Part shown: piece by piece, positions 35,963 through 50,149 of the stretch
Position numbering within the stretch: the first letter of the stretch is position 1
Layout: each line of letters begins with the position of its first letter
Assembly (NCBI RefSeq): GCF_006345805.1
Contig: NC_043006.1
Location: forward strand, 95,418,001-95,482,000
DNA: 64,000 bases
Origin: Octopus sinensis
Taxonomy: Eukaryota
Direction of reading: 5' to 3'
Program-made: the position numbers and the translations under genes
The notes under the pieces: model-generated
Seen by the model: the letters and a program-made list of their open reading frames with translations, nothing else
What the model was told of the DNA's origin: nothing
The model's database searches: none

Positions 35963-36196
35963 CTGTCGGGCATGTGGAAGAGAGTGTAATTCGGCAGGAG
36001 GACTTAAACGACATGCAAAGGTACATGAAGCCCAGTTACAACTACAACCAGCTATTACTGGTAAAGGTATTAGTTGCCAATTCTGTACAAGACATTGTAG
36101 ATATTTAGCTGGGCTAAGAGGTCACATACGATCACAGCACTAGTAACAGTTAAGCTTCGTGCAATGGCCATACTCAATAACGAGGGGGCAGCCATA
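35963..36196 (+). mobile_element. 3' end of an RTE-type LINE (two C2H2-like fingers plus short 3' UTR) inside (TA)n
   Basis: CRACGRECNSAGGLKRHAKVH and CQFCTRHCRYLAGLRGHIRSQH*, followed by GGCCATACTC..CGAGGGGGCAGCCAT, and bounded by TA repeats. Confidence 0.65.
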
Positions 36197-36212
36197 ATAT
36201 ATATATATATAA

Positions 36213-36563
36213 TATAGGACAATCAGTAAGTTGTCATAATAATACCCAGAATTTCAAATACCAGACCTGAGAATAAAGGGAAGTTTCTCCGTGGAAAATA
36301 AAAGTAAAATATATAAAATATAAAATACATAAAAAATATAAAAATACACGTAGCCACATACTCATAAAGATAAAAATCTTCGTTCATAAACTCTATATAC
36401 ATACACATGTATATATACATACATGTACACACATACGCACATATGTATAGGCTCGAAACGTAAAAGACTTTTTCTATTCCTGAGCGCTATACTAATACAA
36501 TTGCTTGTTTGTACTCCACCTACCTTCGTCTTTTGTTTATTTTCGTAAGCTTCCCCTTTACAT

Positions 36564-36596
<33 letters not shown>

Positions 36597-36605
36597 CACA
36601 CACAT

Positions 36606-36683
<78 letters not shown>

Positions 36684-37076
36684 TCTTAGGGTAGTAAGAA
36701 TATTCATAGAAAAATTCTTAGTTACCAGTGGTCTAGCGAGAAAGAAAAAATTAGTCAAAAGACTATATATTATTCAAAGAAGAATAGAGTGTACGTTCAA
36801 ACACAAAAGAGATACTCGAAGAAGAGGATATCTGACTCGCTAGAAAGAGCAGTTAAACTCCAAGCCACCAATTGTTGTAATTCCGAAAGCGATTGGAAAA
36901 TAAAACCTTTTACCTTAATCCTAGACCCTGCAAGGTTTCTGCAGACTGAAATAAAATAACTTCAGATATAGGCCGAAGTTACAATTGGTGGGTTGGAGTT
37001 TAACTGCTCTTTCTAGCGAGTCAGATATCCTCTTCTTCGGGTATTTCTTTTGTGTTTGAACGTACACTGTATTCTT

Positions 37077-37115
<39 letters not shown>

Positions 37116-37424
37116 GCACACACATATACACACATACATATGTGGGTATGTGTCTACGTGTGTACGTATATAGAGTTTATGAACGAAGACTTCTATCTTT
37201 ACGAGTATGTGGTGGCGTGTACTTTTATAATTTCTTATATATTTTATATTTTATATCTTTTACTTTTAACCACACCTATTAGAGTAACTTCCCTTTATTC
37301 AATGTTTTTTTTTTCATAGCGTTTTTGTCTTAATAATTGATAATAAAAAAACGCATAGAAGCCCCCAGCTCTGGTATTTGAAATTCTCAGTATTATTATG
37401 ACAACTTACTGATTGTCCTATATA
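36213..37424. repeat. Nested inverted repeats (outer ~36213-36440 / ~37140-37424; inner 36780-36872 / 36982-37078)
   Basis: GGACAATCAGTAAGTTGTCATAATAATAC pairs with GTATTATTATGACAACTTACTGATTGTCC, and GGATATCTGACTCGCTAGAAAGAGCAGTTAAACTCC pairs with its reverse complement. Confidence 0.85.
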
Positions 37425-37498
37425 ATATATATAGATAAAATCTATTTACATAATATCGAGGTCTCATTCATTCTTTTGTTGTCTTATTGTTGTTGTTG

Positions 37499-37537
<39 letters not shown>

Positions 37538-37546
37538 TATTATTAT

Positions 37547-37610
<64 letters not shown>

Positions 37611-39914
37611 GATAATTACTAGGCTTACAAAGAATAAGTCTTGGTTCCGGTTTGCTCGACTAAAGGCGGTGCTCCAGCATGGGCACAGTCAAATGACTGA
37701 AAAAAACTCAAAGAATGTATATAGTTTACTGTACAGTTGTATGTAGGTTTAAGATAAAAAATCCTCTCGATTCAGAGAGATAAATTTCACTGAATATACA
37801 CATTATCTAATTAAGAGCTATCAACAGTTTCATGCTCTGGTGTCTCGAAGCAACAGACACAAGGTCAGTGTTGCAGAGCAACTCCAAATGAACCGGAATA
37901 CCACTTAGAGGTATCTTCAGCAACTTGGTTACTATGAGAGATCAGCTGAAAAGAAACATCTTCCACCAGGAAAGTAGCGAATCATTAAAACATGACAATG
38001 TCTATCTACTTTTGATATGTGAGTGCGTTTGCGCGCACATGCACTCACACACACATAAGTGTATGTATGTATGTATGTATGTATGGATGGATGTATGTAT
38101 GTATGTATGTATGTATGTATGTATGTATGTATGTATGTATGTATGTATGTATATGTGTGTGTGTAATATTTAGTATATAATATTTAATATTATGTAATAT
38201 ATATGTAGACAGAGGGACAGACAACAGACAGACAGACTGACAGATGGATAGATAAATAGACAGATAGATAGACTGATAGATAGACAGACAGACAGATAAA
38301 TACACTACACTGCTATTGTGAACAGCAAATTTAACTCCTCTTTCATGAAGCGTTGCTGCACCTATGATGAATTCAACCTCCATTTCTCAATAATAGCGAA
38401 AGCAATGACTTTACCATTCACACACCAGAATTGATGCCAGACATTAAATTAAATGTTAAAAAAAATAATAAAATTGACAGCACTACTTTCATTATGTTAT
38501 CTATTTAGTGTATTTAGTCTCGTATTGGTTTCGACTAGTTTCTGATTTTAGATTCTCTAATTAAGATTCTTGATATAATGGGTTGTCGCCACTAGTGGGT
38601 TGGTTTTAATTGGAAAAATATCTTAAAAGGAGATGAAAATTCGAAATTACTGTGCGTCCAATAGAAATCGATAGGTACCCTTTAATCATTTCTATTTAGT
38701 TTATAAATCTAAAATTATTTGTCCATCAATATCATCTCCTTCAATTACACCCATCAACCTACCATTCTTACATCCAACCATCCATCCATCCATAAGTGCA
38801 TGCATGCATACATACATACAAACATACATACATACATACAAACATAGCATACGTACATACATATATACATACATATGTACGTACGTAACTACATACGCAA
38901 ATTCAAAGAAACAGTCACATATGCAGAGAGACAGATAGAGTCATGAAAGACAGCCAAGCAGCCAGTCAGTTTGTTAGCCAAGTATCTATTCAAATTCTTT
39001 ATTCAACCAGCTAGACATCAAATAGCGACGCCAGCCACGTCAGCCAACGATTTTCCCAGTCACTCATTCCATTAACTCAACTAAACACACACTTGTCAAT
39101 TCACCAATTCTGTTGAAACAATAAAAGCAATGATGGGAATATAATTTAACTCTAGGGTCAATTGATGGTTCCCGTTAAGGAATAGTGCTGAGAACGAAAT
39201 GTCCCTGTAAATTTAAAGAAATTGACACACTATACATTAAAATGTTTGTCCCTTTCTTTAAGACAATAATGGCTGTTATTGGGTTTAATAGGTTTGAAAG
39301 TGCGATTTGAACCGAACAGCCATCTGCACAACAGCCACAAACACGGATACGTCCATTCAATGTTCTTTTGTTTTATTTATTATTTTTGGCGGGGTGGTTA
39401 CGATGAAGTGAGGGTGGAAATGCTAATTCATACAGCTCTATATTTATCCAGAAAGGTCTGCCAACTGGCAGAATTATTGGCACGCAGGAGAGAATGATTA
39501 CCGGTATTTCTTCTGATTCTTTACGTTTTGAGTTCAAATACTGCCGTGCTCAATGTTGCTTTTTCATCAATTAAGGTTCGATAAAATAATTACCAGACAA
39601 GTAAGGGCAGATTAAACCGACTTACTCCCGACACTCTAAAAGTGTTTGTAAGAATAATCACCATCATCACCATCATCCTCTTCATCATAACTTGTGGTCT
39701 ATTTTTTGTTTTCGATTTGCGCAGTAATGTTAACAATGGATCGTTTAATTGACTCCCTATCAAAAGGTGTAACCTCAATTAGAAAGCACTTTCCGCGAGA
39801 TATTTGCTGTTCCTATAGTGTCAAGATGTTTATGACGGTTTCAAATCACAAATGGTACCGCATTTGCTTTCAAATCCCACGTTCTCTCGACATCAATATT
39901 AAAAAATATCATCA

Positions 39915-39963
<49 letters not shown>

Positions 39964-40370
39964 CTCTTTACTCTTTTACTTGTTTCAGTCATTTGACTGC
40001 AGCCATGCTGGAGCACCACATTTAGTCGAGCAAAACGACCCCGGGAATTATTCTCTGTAAGCCCAGTACTTATTCTATCGGTCTCTTTTTGCCGAACCGC
40101 TAAGTGACGGGGACGTAAACACACCAGCATCGGTTGTCAAGCAATGCTAGGGGCACAAACACAGACACACAAACACACACATACACACATATATATATAC
40201 ATATATACGACAGGCTTCTTTCAGATTCCGTTTACCAAATCCACTCACAAGGCATTGGTCGGCCCGGGGCTATAGCAGAAGACAGTTGCCCAAGATGCCA
40301 CGCAGTGGGACTGAACCCGCAACCATGTGGTTTGTTAGCAAGCTACTTACCACACAGCCACTCTTGCGCC
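39964..40370 (-). mobile_element. Near full-length tRNA-derived SINE of a very abundant family
   Basis: Minus strand GGCGCAAGAGTGGCTGTGTGGTAAG..GGTTCAGTCCCACTGCGTGGCA..; partial copies near 5500, 12531, 15660, 37620, 42497, 50150, 60560 and 62460. Confidence 0.9.
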
Positions 40371-40388
40371 TATTATTATTATTATTAC

Positions 40389-40424
<36 letters not shown>

Positions 40425-40472
40425 CATCATTACTACTACTATTGTTGTTGTTGATGCTGCTATTAGTAATGC

Positions 40473-40682
40473 AGTGAGCTGGCAGAATCGTTAGCACGCC
40501 AGGCGAAACGCTTTCCGATGTTTCGTTTGCCGCTTCGTTCTGAGTTCAAATTCCGCCGAGGTAGACTTTGCCTTTCACCCTTTCAGGGTCGATAAATTAA
40601 ATAGCTGTTGAACATTAGAGTCGGTGAAAGAGACGCTTCCCCTCACCCCAAATGGCTACCCTTCCTGCAAAATTTGAAACCA
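40473..40682 (+). mobile_element. tRNA-derived SINE
   Basis: GAGCTGGCAGAATCGTTAGCACGCC..GAGTTCAAATTCCGCCGAGG..CTTTGCCTTTCA core; related copies near 16570, 19255, 39460 and 61008. Confidence 0.8.
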
Positions 40683-40687
40683 TTATC

Positions 40688-40738
<51 letters not shown>

Positions 40739-40744
40739 CATCAT

Positions 40745-41140
40745 TGCCTTTGCACAGCTTCTAACGCTGGACATGTACTACAGTGTCAGCTGTTCACTAC
40801 CAGTGAACTAAGATAACTCTTTATTTTTCGAGCACCCTCCGATGTATTCGGGCGGTTCCAAGCAGTGCTGTTTTCTGCAAGTGCTCTACCCTTATTGCAT
40901 CCCCTATTTGTACCATGTACTTCACAAGATTTTTACTCACTGTTCCCAAGGCTTCGACAATTATTAGTGCTATCACCACCTTGTCCAGCGACCACAACTG
41001 CTTAAACTTCCAAGTTAACCTGTCATACCTACCGACTTTTCTTTCTTCTTTATCTCATACCTTGTTGTCAGCTGAGCATGCTATATCAATGATCCAGCAT
41101 AGTTTGTTTTCTTTCTTAATTAAGACTATGTCCGGGTTCC
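40745..41140 (-). mobile_element. 5'-truncated Dong/R4-clade LINE (REL endonuclease C-terminus), subfamily 1
   Basis: Minus strand NPDIVLIKKENKLCWIIDIAC..DNKV..KEERKV.RYDRL..QKTALLGTARI, embedded in (TAA)n. Confidence 0.75.
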
Positions 41141-41157
41141 TATTCTATTATTATTAT

Positions 41158-41779
41158 TCAGAAGTTTTATTTTTATAACGTGCTTTCATTTCACTGCCGA
41201 GCGCAGCTCTGCGTGCCTTAGGTATGTGCTGTGGCTTGCTGTGATGTTCTTATGGTTTCTGTATTGAAAGTGTTTTGCGTAGGATGTGTGTAGTGCCCAG
41301 TTGTGCAATTTTCTGTATGTTGTATATATTTGTAAGTCCTGGTGTTTTTTGTTATGTACTTGTCTGAATAATTTTTTTCATCATACCTAATGCGCATATT
41401 ATGATAGGAATTGTTTTTGTTTTTTGATTCCACATTCGAGTTACCTCTACTTCCAGGTCTTTGTATTTTGAGAGTTTCTCCATTTCTTTTAGAGAAATGT
41501 TGTCATCTGCTGGTATTGATACATCAATTAGAAAGCACTTTTTCTTCATGATCTCTGACAACTATATCTGGCATATTGGCCTTAATTTCTCTATCTGTGT
41601 GTGTTGGCATATCCCATAGTATGGTTGCTCTCTCGTTTTTCTGTGACCTTCTCTGACGTTTGATCATACCATCTTTTTTCTGTTGTTATTCCATAGTGTT
41701 GGCATAACTTCCAGAGTATGTAAGTCACAACTCTGTCGTGTCTGTGAATATATTCCTTCTTCGTGTCTGTGAATATATT
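41158..41779 (-). mobile_element. 5'-truncated Dong/R4-clade LINE (REL domain plus 3' UTR), subfamily 2
   Basis: EYIHRHD..ILWKLCQHYG..TILWDMPTHTDREIKANMPDIVV..CFLIDVSIPADDNISLKEMEKLSKYKDLEVEVTRMW (RHD and PD..D..K motifs), flanked by (TAA)n. Confidence 0.85.
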
Positions 41780-41786
41780 ATTATTA

Positions 41787-41880
<94 letters not shown>

Positions 41881-41883
41881 TAT

Positions 41884-42495
41884 TGCCTTTGCACAGCTTA
41901 TAACGCTTGAGATGTACTACGGTGTCAGCTGTTTACTACCAGTGAACTAAGGTAACACCCCTTTTTTTTCGAGCACCATCATGAGTATTCGAGCAGTTCC
42001 ACGTAGTGCTGTTTTCTGCAAGTGCTCTTAGTTCCTTCGTTGCAGGGAAGTTTATAAAATCATTGATTTTATATTTTTGCTTGATTTTTCTAGCTTGTTT
42101 CGTTTTAACATTTACTCCTCTAGTAAGTCCATCGAGAACTGATACATCCGCCCGCAAAATTTCGATCTCTTTTCGTATTGCAGCTTTCTGCTTAGGAGGT
42201 CTATTGACATGGTTGGCCCTTTTATGTGTCGTCCTGATAGACAATTGAGCAGTTACAGCTTTAGCAGTGGAATAGACGAGGTTATTTATGATTGTCAGGT
42301 CATTTCCCTTATTTCTTAAGATCTGTCCAATATTATACATCATGATTATGTTGTTATTCTCCATATTGTCTGAAAGCTTTGGTAGCGGTTCTCTACTGAT
42401 CCTGTTATTAAATTCAGTCTTGCTTAATTCTCTCATAATATCTTCTTTTGCTTCCATGATCTTCGCTTTATTATCCACCTCTTCATTTTCCATCT
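41884..42495 (-). mobile_element. Internally deleted Dong/R4-clade element (N-terminal ORF piece fused to the 3' tip of subfamily 1)
   Basis: 41884-42028 matches 40745-40888. The upstream part encodes REPLPKL..IINNLVYSTAKAV..PPK..IRKEIEILRADVSVL. Confidence 0.65.
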
Positions 42496-44926
42496 AGCAA
42501 ATCCACTCACAAGTCTTGGATCGGTGGAAGACACTCGCCCAAGATGCCACGCAGAGGGACTGAACCCGGAACCATATTGATGGTTGGTAAGCTACTTACA
42601 ACACAGCCACTCCTTCACCTATATCCTACATTTTCCCAAATTAACCTCTAATAACTGACATATCTAAAGACCTGAAAACAATTATGGACGTTTGAAAATG
42701 TTTCTGAAAGGCAAACGGTTAAGGGAAGATTCTCAGCAGATGTTTAACATTCTCTTGTTAAATGTTGACTGGATGTATGCATCGGTCTTTAATTTGGAAT
42801 ATATAAGTGCGCGTATTCGACTGTCTACCAAAAATGCATAGAATTATATGTTTACACATCTAATAAAAAGCATCATCAAAACTTTATTTTTTATGCGAGA
42901 AACTTCAATGGAAATATATTTGGGTTTATAAAAAATAATTACGGTGTTTACACTGTTACCGTCGATGGTGTGGTTGCAGATTTGCATTTTATAAACCGTA
43001 AAATTCATCTGATCTTTCTGCTTCGATTAAAAACTGGGTGCAGAAAAATGCAAGCGCTCTTCGTAATAGTGAAATAGTGTGTGTGTGTGTGTGTTTGTGC
43101 GTGTGAGTGTGTATGTGAATATGTGCGTGCGCGCGCGAACACGGGTATAAAATCTATATTATTAATTTCGCACAAACACGTATACATACATGCAAACACT
43201 CACATACAAATATATATATATATTATATATTATATATATATATATTATATATTATATATATATATATACACACGCATATAATTATTTTGTACTGTATATA
43301 ATTACCCACTGATACAGTAACCGTACTCACATACACATACCATAATACAATAATACATATAGACATAGATATATATTTATATATATATATATATAATTCT
43401 TAATATATGTATTTATATGTATGCATATATATATACATATATCAATATATTCATATACATATATATATATTCATATATTTATATGTATATTGACTTATAT
43501 ATAGACATATATATACATACATATGTATATATGAGTGTGTGTGCGTTGATGCATATATATAAATTGATCTGTATATATAGAGAGTGAGAAAGTGAAACAG
43601 TCTGTCAGAGAAAATATATAGATTTTTGATAGACGCACGAGGCCTCACAATCATACATACAAACACAAGCACACATTTACGTGTGTATATATAAATATAT
43701 TGTGTCTCCTTTGTGTACAAATAGATCATAAACATATGCTTATCGTAAACTCTTTTATGTATTAATGCGTGTGTACGTGAATGTATGCACGTATGTAAAT
43801 ACATGCTAGTAGATCAACGGATATATGCACACACACACACATATATATATGTATATATATATATGTACTGTATATATATATACATATATATATACATATA
43901 CATACGTATATATAAGCATATATATATATGCGCATGTATATACATACATATATATATATATATGCATATATATATTATGTACATATGTACGTATGCATAT
44001 AGAGTTTCGCCATGGGCTCTTAGGAGCATAGTTCGATTTGTTTTTGCTCCGCCTCTGTTCTGTTTTTGTTTTTCCAACGGATTTCCTATTTTCTTCCTGA
44101 AGAGAAAGACACAATATGGTCCCATTATTCAATCGGATTTTGGTAATTTGTGCCTTTCGAAACACGTGTAGAATGAAATAAAACGATTTCTGTTCAATCT
44201 GCGTTCAGCTCCATTTCTTCAATTCACCAATAATGTTATATATATATATATATGCATATATATATATGTATATATATATATGCATATATATATATATATG
44301 TATACACATACATATATATATATATATAAAATTATATATATATATATTATTATATATATATATATTATACATATGTATGTATGTGTGTATGTATGTATGT
44401 ATATGAGAGGATTATATAGAGTCATATATATAGTACGTGTGATAGATGTAGTAGGTATGATAAATTTTAATTTGGCCTAAAAGCATGAATGATATATATA
44501 TTTATAAATTCCATAGAAATCATTGATTTGCGCGAACGTATCTATCGTTATGCTACTTTCTTGCTAAAGAAACTTTTTCTCTTAGACTTATACATGCATA
44601 CACACATACACACATACATACATATATACATACATACATACATACACACACATATATATGTGTGTGTGTGTGTGCGTGCGTATATATATATACTTTTTTG
44701 GAATTTGTATGTTACGTGTTCAATTGTAGCGAGCCACACCCACAGAGGATAGAGATACACTCCATATTGTTATATATATGTTGCGGCATATAACCGCAGA
44801 CATGCGAAGACACAGACACATATACACACAAATATGTAAATATATGTCGAAATATCATTATACGTGTGTGTGTTTACGCGTGAAAGTATACATACATACC
44901 TCCATACATATACATACATACATACA

Positions 44927-44965
<39 letters not shown>

Positions 44966-45657
44966 ATACAGTTATGTATACATAAATATATACACACACA
45001 CTCGCATATGTATATATATATATATATATTTATATATACATATATATTTATATATGTATATATATATAGGGAGATTACTTTTATTATTGTTGTTATTATT
45101 ATTGTTAGTATCAGCATAATCATCTCCATCACCATCAACATCATCATTATTATATGTCTGCTATGTAGCCCCTCACGTTAGCCTAAGGGCGAAAGCAAAC
45201 GCTCCTTAAACGCTCCACTGAGTTATGTCCAATGTAATCAGTTTTTATGAACGCCTCGCTAAGCGTACATCGATATATTTCAACACAGAACTACATCCAT
45301 CAACTACAAACCAAAACACCCAGGCACACAGCCGTGCACACACGAACACATTTCTGTGAATACATACGTGTGTATACAGTGATATATTATACCTGTGATT
45401 GTTTATGAATTCGTTTGGAAACAAGACGGCATCCTTCGATGTGCAATAATTTTTTTGTATCGTTATCATTGGTTGTTTATTACTCACAAACTTAATGATT
45501 CCCTGCTAAACGTCTTATGGTTGAGTTTACACTCGTATATGTGTATACGCACTCACACACACACACACCACACATATACATGTATATATCGTATATTACA
45601 TATATACATATATATATGTATACTCATATATATATATATATACATACACACACTCAC

Positions 45658-45692
<35 letters not shown>

Positions 45693-45989
45693 TGTATGTA
45701 TGTATGTATGTATGTATGTATGTATGTATGTATGTATGTATGTTCACATACGTATATATGTATGTGTGTGTGAGCGTGTGTAGGTATATATATATATCTC
45801 ATAATTAAGGCAAGTTAGGCTAAAATATTTGAAAGGAGTGCTTCGGTCGTCAAAGATCGTATAGATGCTTCCCTCTTTTAAAACGTTCAAATTGACAATA
45901 GGTTACGTTACAATGTGCGCAATGGGCATAAAATAGTCTGTATGACGTGTAGATCCCATTTCCATCATTCCCTATGATCACCTTGTATT

Positions 45990-46650
45990 TAGCCCTGGCT
46001 CCTTCGTAGCCAGGGAGCTACATGCGGTGGACGAAGTGTTGTATGTGTTTTCTCGAAGTCCGCTATTAGGCCATGGGTTTGCCATAGTGAGAATGAAGGA
46101 TCTGAATCTTATTGCCCTTAGTTCCCAACCAGTGTTCCCTGTCTAAGACCGGTAGCCTATGTTTAGGGTGCTTGCTAGGGTAATCTACTTCTTTCTTATT
46201 CTTAGCTTATTTCCTGGATGCTCTCCATAGTGCTAGCTTCTAGTTCATAGACCCTGTCTTGTGGGGGTGCTTTAGCTACTATGTTGGCATAATTCACATA
46301 GCGGAATACATGGTTATGGTTATGGTTGCGGAGCTCTCTGCTAATCTTTCTTTAAATCTCCTATCCCACCAAACCATAAATACGTTGGCCACATCGCAAG
46401 TGATACTAACACCGATGGTTGCACCTTCTACTTGGGCGTATATCTTGTTATTCAGCTTGAACCTGTGACCCTTTAATGTGACTCTGGCACTCGCACCTTC
46501 CACATGTGCGACCATTTTTTTCTTAATCTGAACGTAGTTTTCGGGTGTCCGTATGACTCTGGTCCACCTGTTCCTTCTCTCTCTAGGGGTGTTTTTGACC
46601 ATTGAAGTTACTGTAGGGATCTCTTTCTTACTTATCTAGTGGGATCAGAA
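45990..46650 (-). pseudogene. Degenerate Penelope-like reverse transcriptase fragment
   Basis: FKLNNKIYAQVEGATIGVSITCDVANVFMVWWD, then frameshifted RYVNYAN (a YVDD remnant), EVDYPSKHPKHRLPVLD and HYGKPMA. Confidence 0.75.
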
Positions 46651-46899
46651 TCAGCTAAGGTCCTGTTCATCTAAGTACTCCTTGCCACATGTAAGTTTAA
46701 GGAGGAGGCCCAGTCCTTCTGTGCCCACACTATGAAATTCTTCGTCGCCTTCGCTGATCATCTCTACACATTTCTCCACAGCAAAATTAACATCAATGAA
46801 TGGGTATGGGGGTTCTACATCCATACTGCCTATTATGCATCACGTCAGGCTGCAAACGGGGCTGCGTTCACTGATTCCGCTGAGGAGGTCTTCTGTGTT

Positions 46900-47300
46900 G
46901 TTACACACGTCCAAGGACATTTTGATCAGAGGGCGTACGATCATAGAGAGGCAGTAGATTCTGTAGTTGCTGGAGAAGTTGGCCCCGCAGACCGGTATTT
47001 TCGGTGATCCTATCACCAGATCAATGGTCGCTTTATAATCCTTGCAAATACTACACAGAGCCGGGATATCGTTTTTTTTTGTGAGATCAAAGATGCTGGC
47101 CGTGCGCTTCTTGCTCACAGGATATTTGAGCACCTCATCGTATCAACATTGAGGATATTTTCTCATTCCCCATAATCCTGTACTGTTGATTTCCTCATGC
47201 TGGCGATGTGGGGATACATTACCTGGATGGAGTTTGGTAGGGTTTCTATCGACGGCTGCCGGATTTATCGTTGAAGATGTCATAGATGTGTGACGAAAGA
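46900..47300 (-). pseudogene. Possible highly degenerate LINE C-terminal zinc-finger remnant (Dong/R4-like)
   Basis: KNDIPALCSICKDYKATIDLV resembles the CxxC..ETIDH motif; weak. Confidence 0.35.
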
Positions 47301-47445
47301 TTTCCAGATCATGCGCATGAAACAGGAAGAGAAATAAACACGAGCGTGTGTTTATTTGGCAAGAAAAAAAAATTATCCCGAAATATACAAGAGCTGTTTC
47401 AACACACAATTTCACATCAGCATCAGGAATCTTACAAAACAAATC

Positions 47446-47506
<61 letters not shown>

Positions 47507-47534
47507 TAATAATAATAATATATGTATGTATATA

Positions 47535-47573
<39 letters not shown>

Positions 47574-48265
47574 TGCACACACACATATATATATACACAC
47601 ACATATATATACACACACCACATATATATATATATAGATATATCGAATGAATATATATGTAAATATTGATATATATATATATATGCATATACATACATAT
47701 GCATAAATGTGTATGTTCAAATATATGCATATATATAGAGAGAGAGGGGGAGAGGCAGAGAAAGAAAGAGAGAGATCTTTAGACACACTCACAAATACAT
47801 GTGTTTATATCTTTATTTACTCTCGCTGTTTCTAGCGCAACTTATTGGAATCTGGACAGATGATATTATTCTATTTCCTTATCCCAGTTTCGCTCTTTTA
47901 ATTTCCTAATATTCCACGCTGCATTATAGCAGAATGGTAAATACTAATCTTAAGATATTAGTTTCGAGTACATTTTATTTTATTTTATTTTGCTTTTTGC
48001 GGCGAAAATATCGTCATTCTTAGAAGCAATAAAAATATGAAAGCTTTCATGTCAGAAAAATTTCTTTTAAACCTCTGAAACATAATTGAGGCAAGAAACA
48101 TTGATTAGAAACGAACATGCTTAATCTGGGCTTCCAACCGCCATCCTCTCAATCCGTTCCGGTTCCCGCAACTCGCCCGTTAACTTCACTTACATAATTA
48201 AATCTCTTGTGATAAGCAATTATTGAGTTATGTGGTAAACACTTATCCCCCTATATAGTTGGGTG

Positions 48266-48323
<58 letters not shown>

Positions 48324-48393
48324 CGGTGTGTGTGTGTATGTATGTATATTTACATGCAAGCACTCACACATATATGTATACATCTATATATAT

Positions 48394-48439
<46 letters not shown>

Positions 48440-48492
48440 GTGTATATATATATATATATCACACACACACAGACATATATATATATAATATA

Positions 48493-48533
<41 letters not shown>

Positions 48534-48645
48534 TAAGCAGATGGAGAAAGAAATAGTTGAAATATTTCTGAAGGAGAACTTGTCTGTTATAGAGAAGTTT
48601 TCTTTTATTGTGTTCTGTATGTATGTATGTATGTATGTATGTGTG

Positions 48646-48684
<39 letters not shown>

Positions 48685-49549
48685 TATATATATATATATA
48701 TATATGTGTAATGAAACCGACTCTAAAATGGGTGGCGTGTGTGTTTGCGTCGGAATGACATATCATTTACTAAAATCGATAAAATTAGTACAGTGAACCT
48801 GCTGCATGCAGTTGAAAATCCAACGTCTCGAAAAGATCCTTTCTCAAGCGCAGATTTGAAACGAGAGAAATTAGAGGCAGCTAAATTTTTCATCCCCTAA
48901 TTTAAAATATTTGTTGCCATTTCCTTGATTTAGAAGATGATGCAAAAGTGCTTCTCTCTCTGTCTGCATCTCTCTCTTTCTTTCTTTCTCAACACGAATT
49001 CCTGTTGAATATAAAAATCTGAGTTTATGTCAATTTACTGACAGAATAATATTCATTAAAGAAATTGTCCGCATTACAAATTAGATATATATCCTCTAAC
49101 GAACTATTTGTTAATTTCCACATTTGCAATGATAGTTATCCAATAGTTGATTTTCATTGAAACACCTTATCATCGGAAGACAAAAAAAGCTTTTTCATTT
49201 TTGTTTCTAACTTTTATTTAAGGCTATATTTTGTGTAATGATCGTTTATCAGACCATATATGTTCAGCTATCGGAATCAAACATATGTTAAATGTCACAC
49301 TTTGTTTAATACTGTTATATCACTGAGTTTGACGGCCTTATTTCCAATAATAATCCTGTTGAATGGAGACTCATTACTGTACATTGTGGATTACTTTACT
49401 TAAATATACGTTGAAAACACATTTTGCGTTTCTCTACAAGGTGATTCAAGTCATGTATTTTAAAATCAGGGTTTCTAACCCAGCTAATATGTTGTGTAAC
49501 CTTGGTTTCTTACAAGACTTCTCGGACGATGTCTAAAACATTTATTCTG

Positions 49550-50099
49550 CGACTCGTGAATCTTTTTTCCTACGAGAGTTCCGGACCCCAGTAACGAACT
49601 CATTTGCATACAGCCAATCAGAGCTCTTCTTGACCATGTCAAGTTAACGAACACACTCTACCAGTAAACTCAAAACGAAGAACGGTGTTGTAAGTGACCG
49701 ATCGCCAAGTTATGCCTGATTTTAGAAGGAGATAAGTAATTAGATAGATTTGCATCTATACATATTATCGGATTTTGTTAGGGTCCCATATGGTAAAGAT
49801 GTGGATGGGACAAATGTGGGTTGAAGGTGATGTGCTAGCAACTTACTGTTTAACCAAGTAAACTACAACAAAGATAACTACGCAGAGGCAGCCATGGTTG
49901 AAACAAGAACAAGAACATCATGCATTCTTGAAAGAGAAAAGAAGCATGGTTGTTCCTAACACAAGTGACCTCATCTTATCGCCCATCATTTGTTATTCGC
50001 TAATAAATTAGTTTGATAATTGAGCTCTGATTGGCTGTATGCAAATGAGTTCATAACTTAGTCCGTATCACTCGTGGGGAAAAATTTGGCCTGCGAGAC
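49550..50099. mobile_element. Unclassified MITE with ~77-bp imperfect TIRs
   Basis: GAACTCATTTGCATACAGCCAATCAGAGCTC (49596-49626) pairs with GAGCTCTGATTGGCTGTATGCAAATGAGTTC (50022-50052); weaker similarity continues outward. Confidence 0.65.
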
Positions 50100-50149
50100 A
50101 TCTATTTACCGTTTTAATTATTTTTTCAGTTAATAGAGTGCGACCTGCA

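Noticed and set aside
35748-36143. C2H2 zinc-finger host gene
   Set aside because: Only a short fragment between TA tracts, lacking TGEKP linkers and followed by an RTE-like 3' tail.
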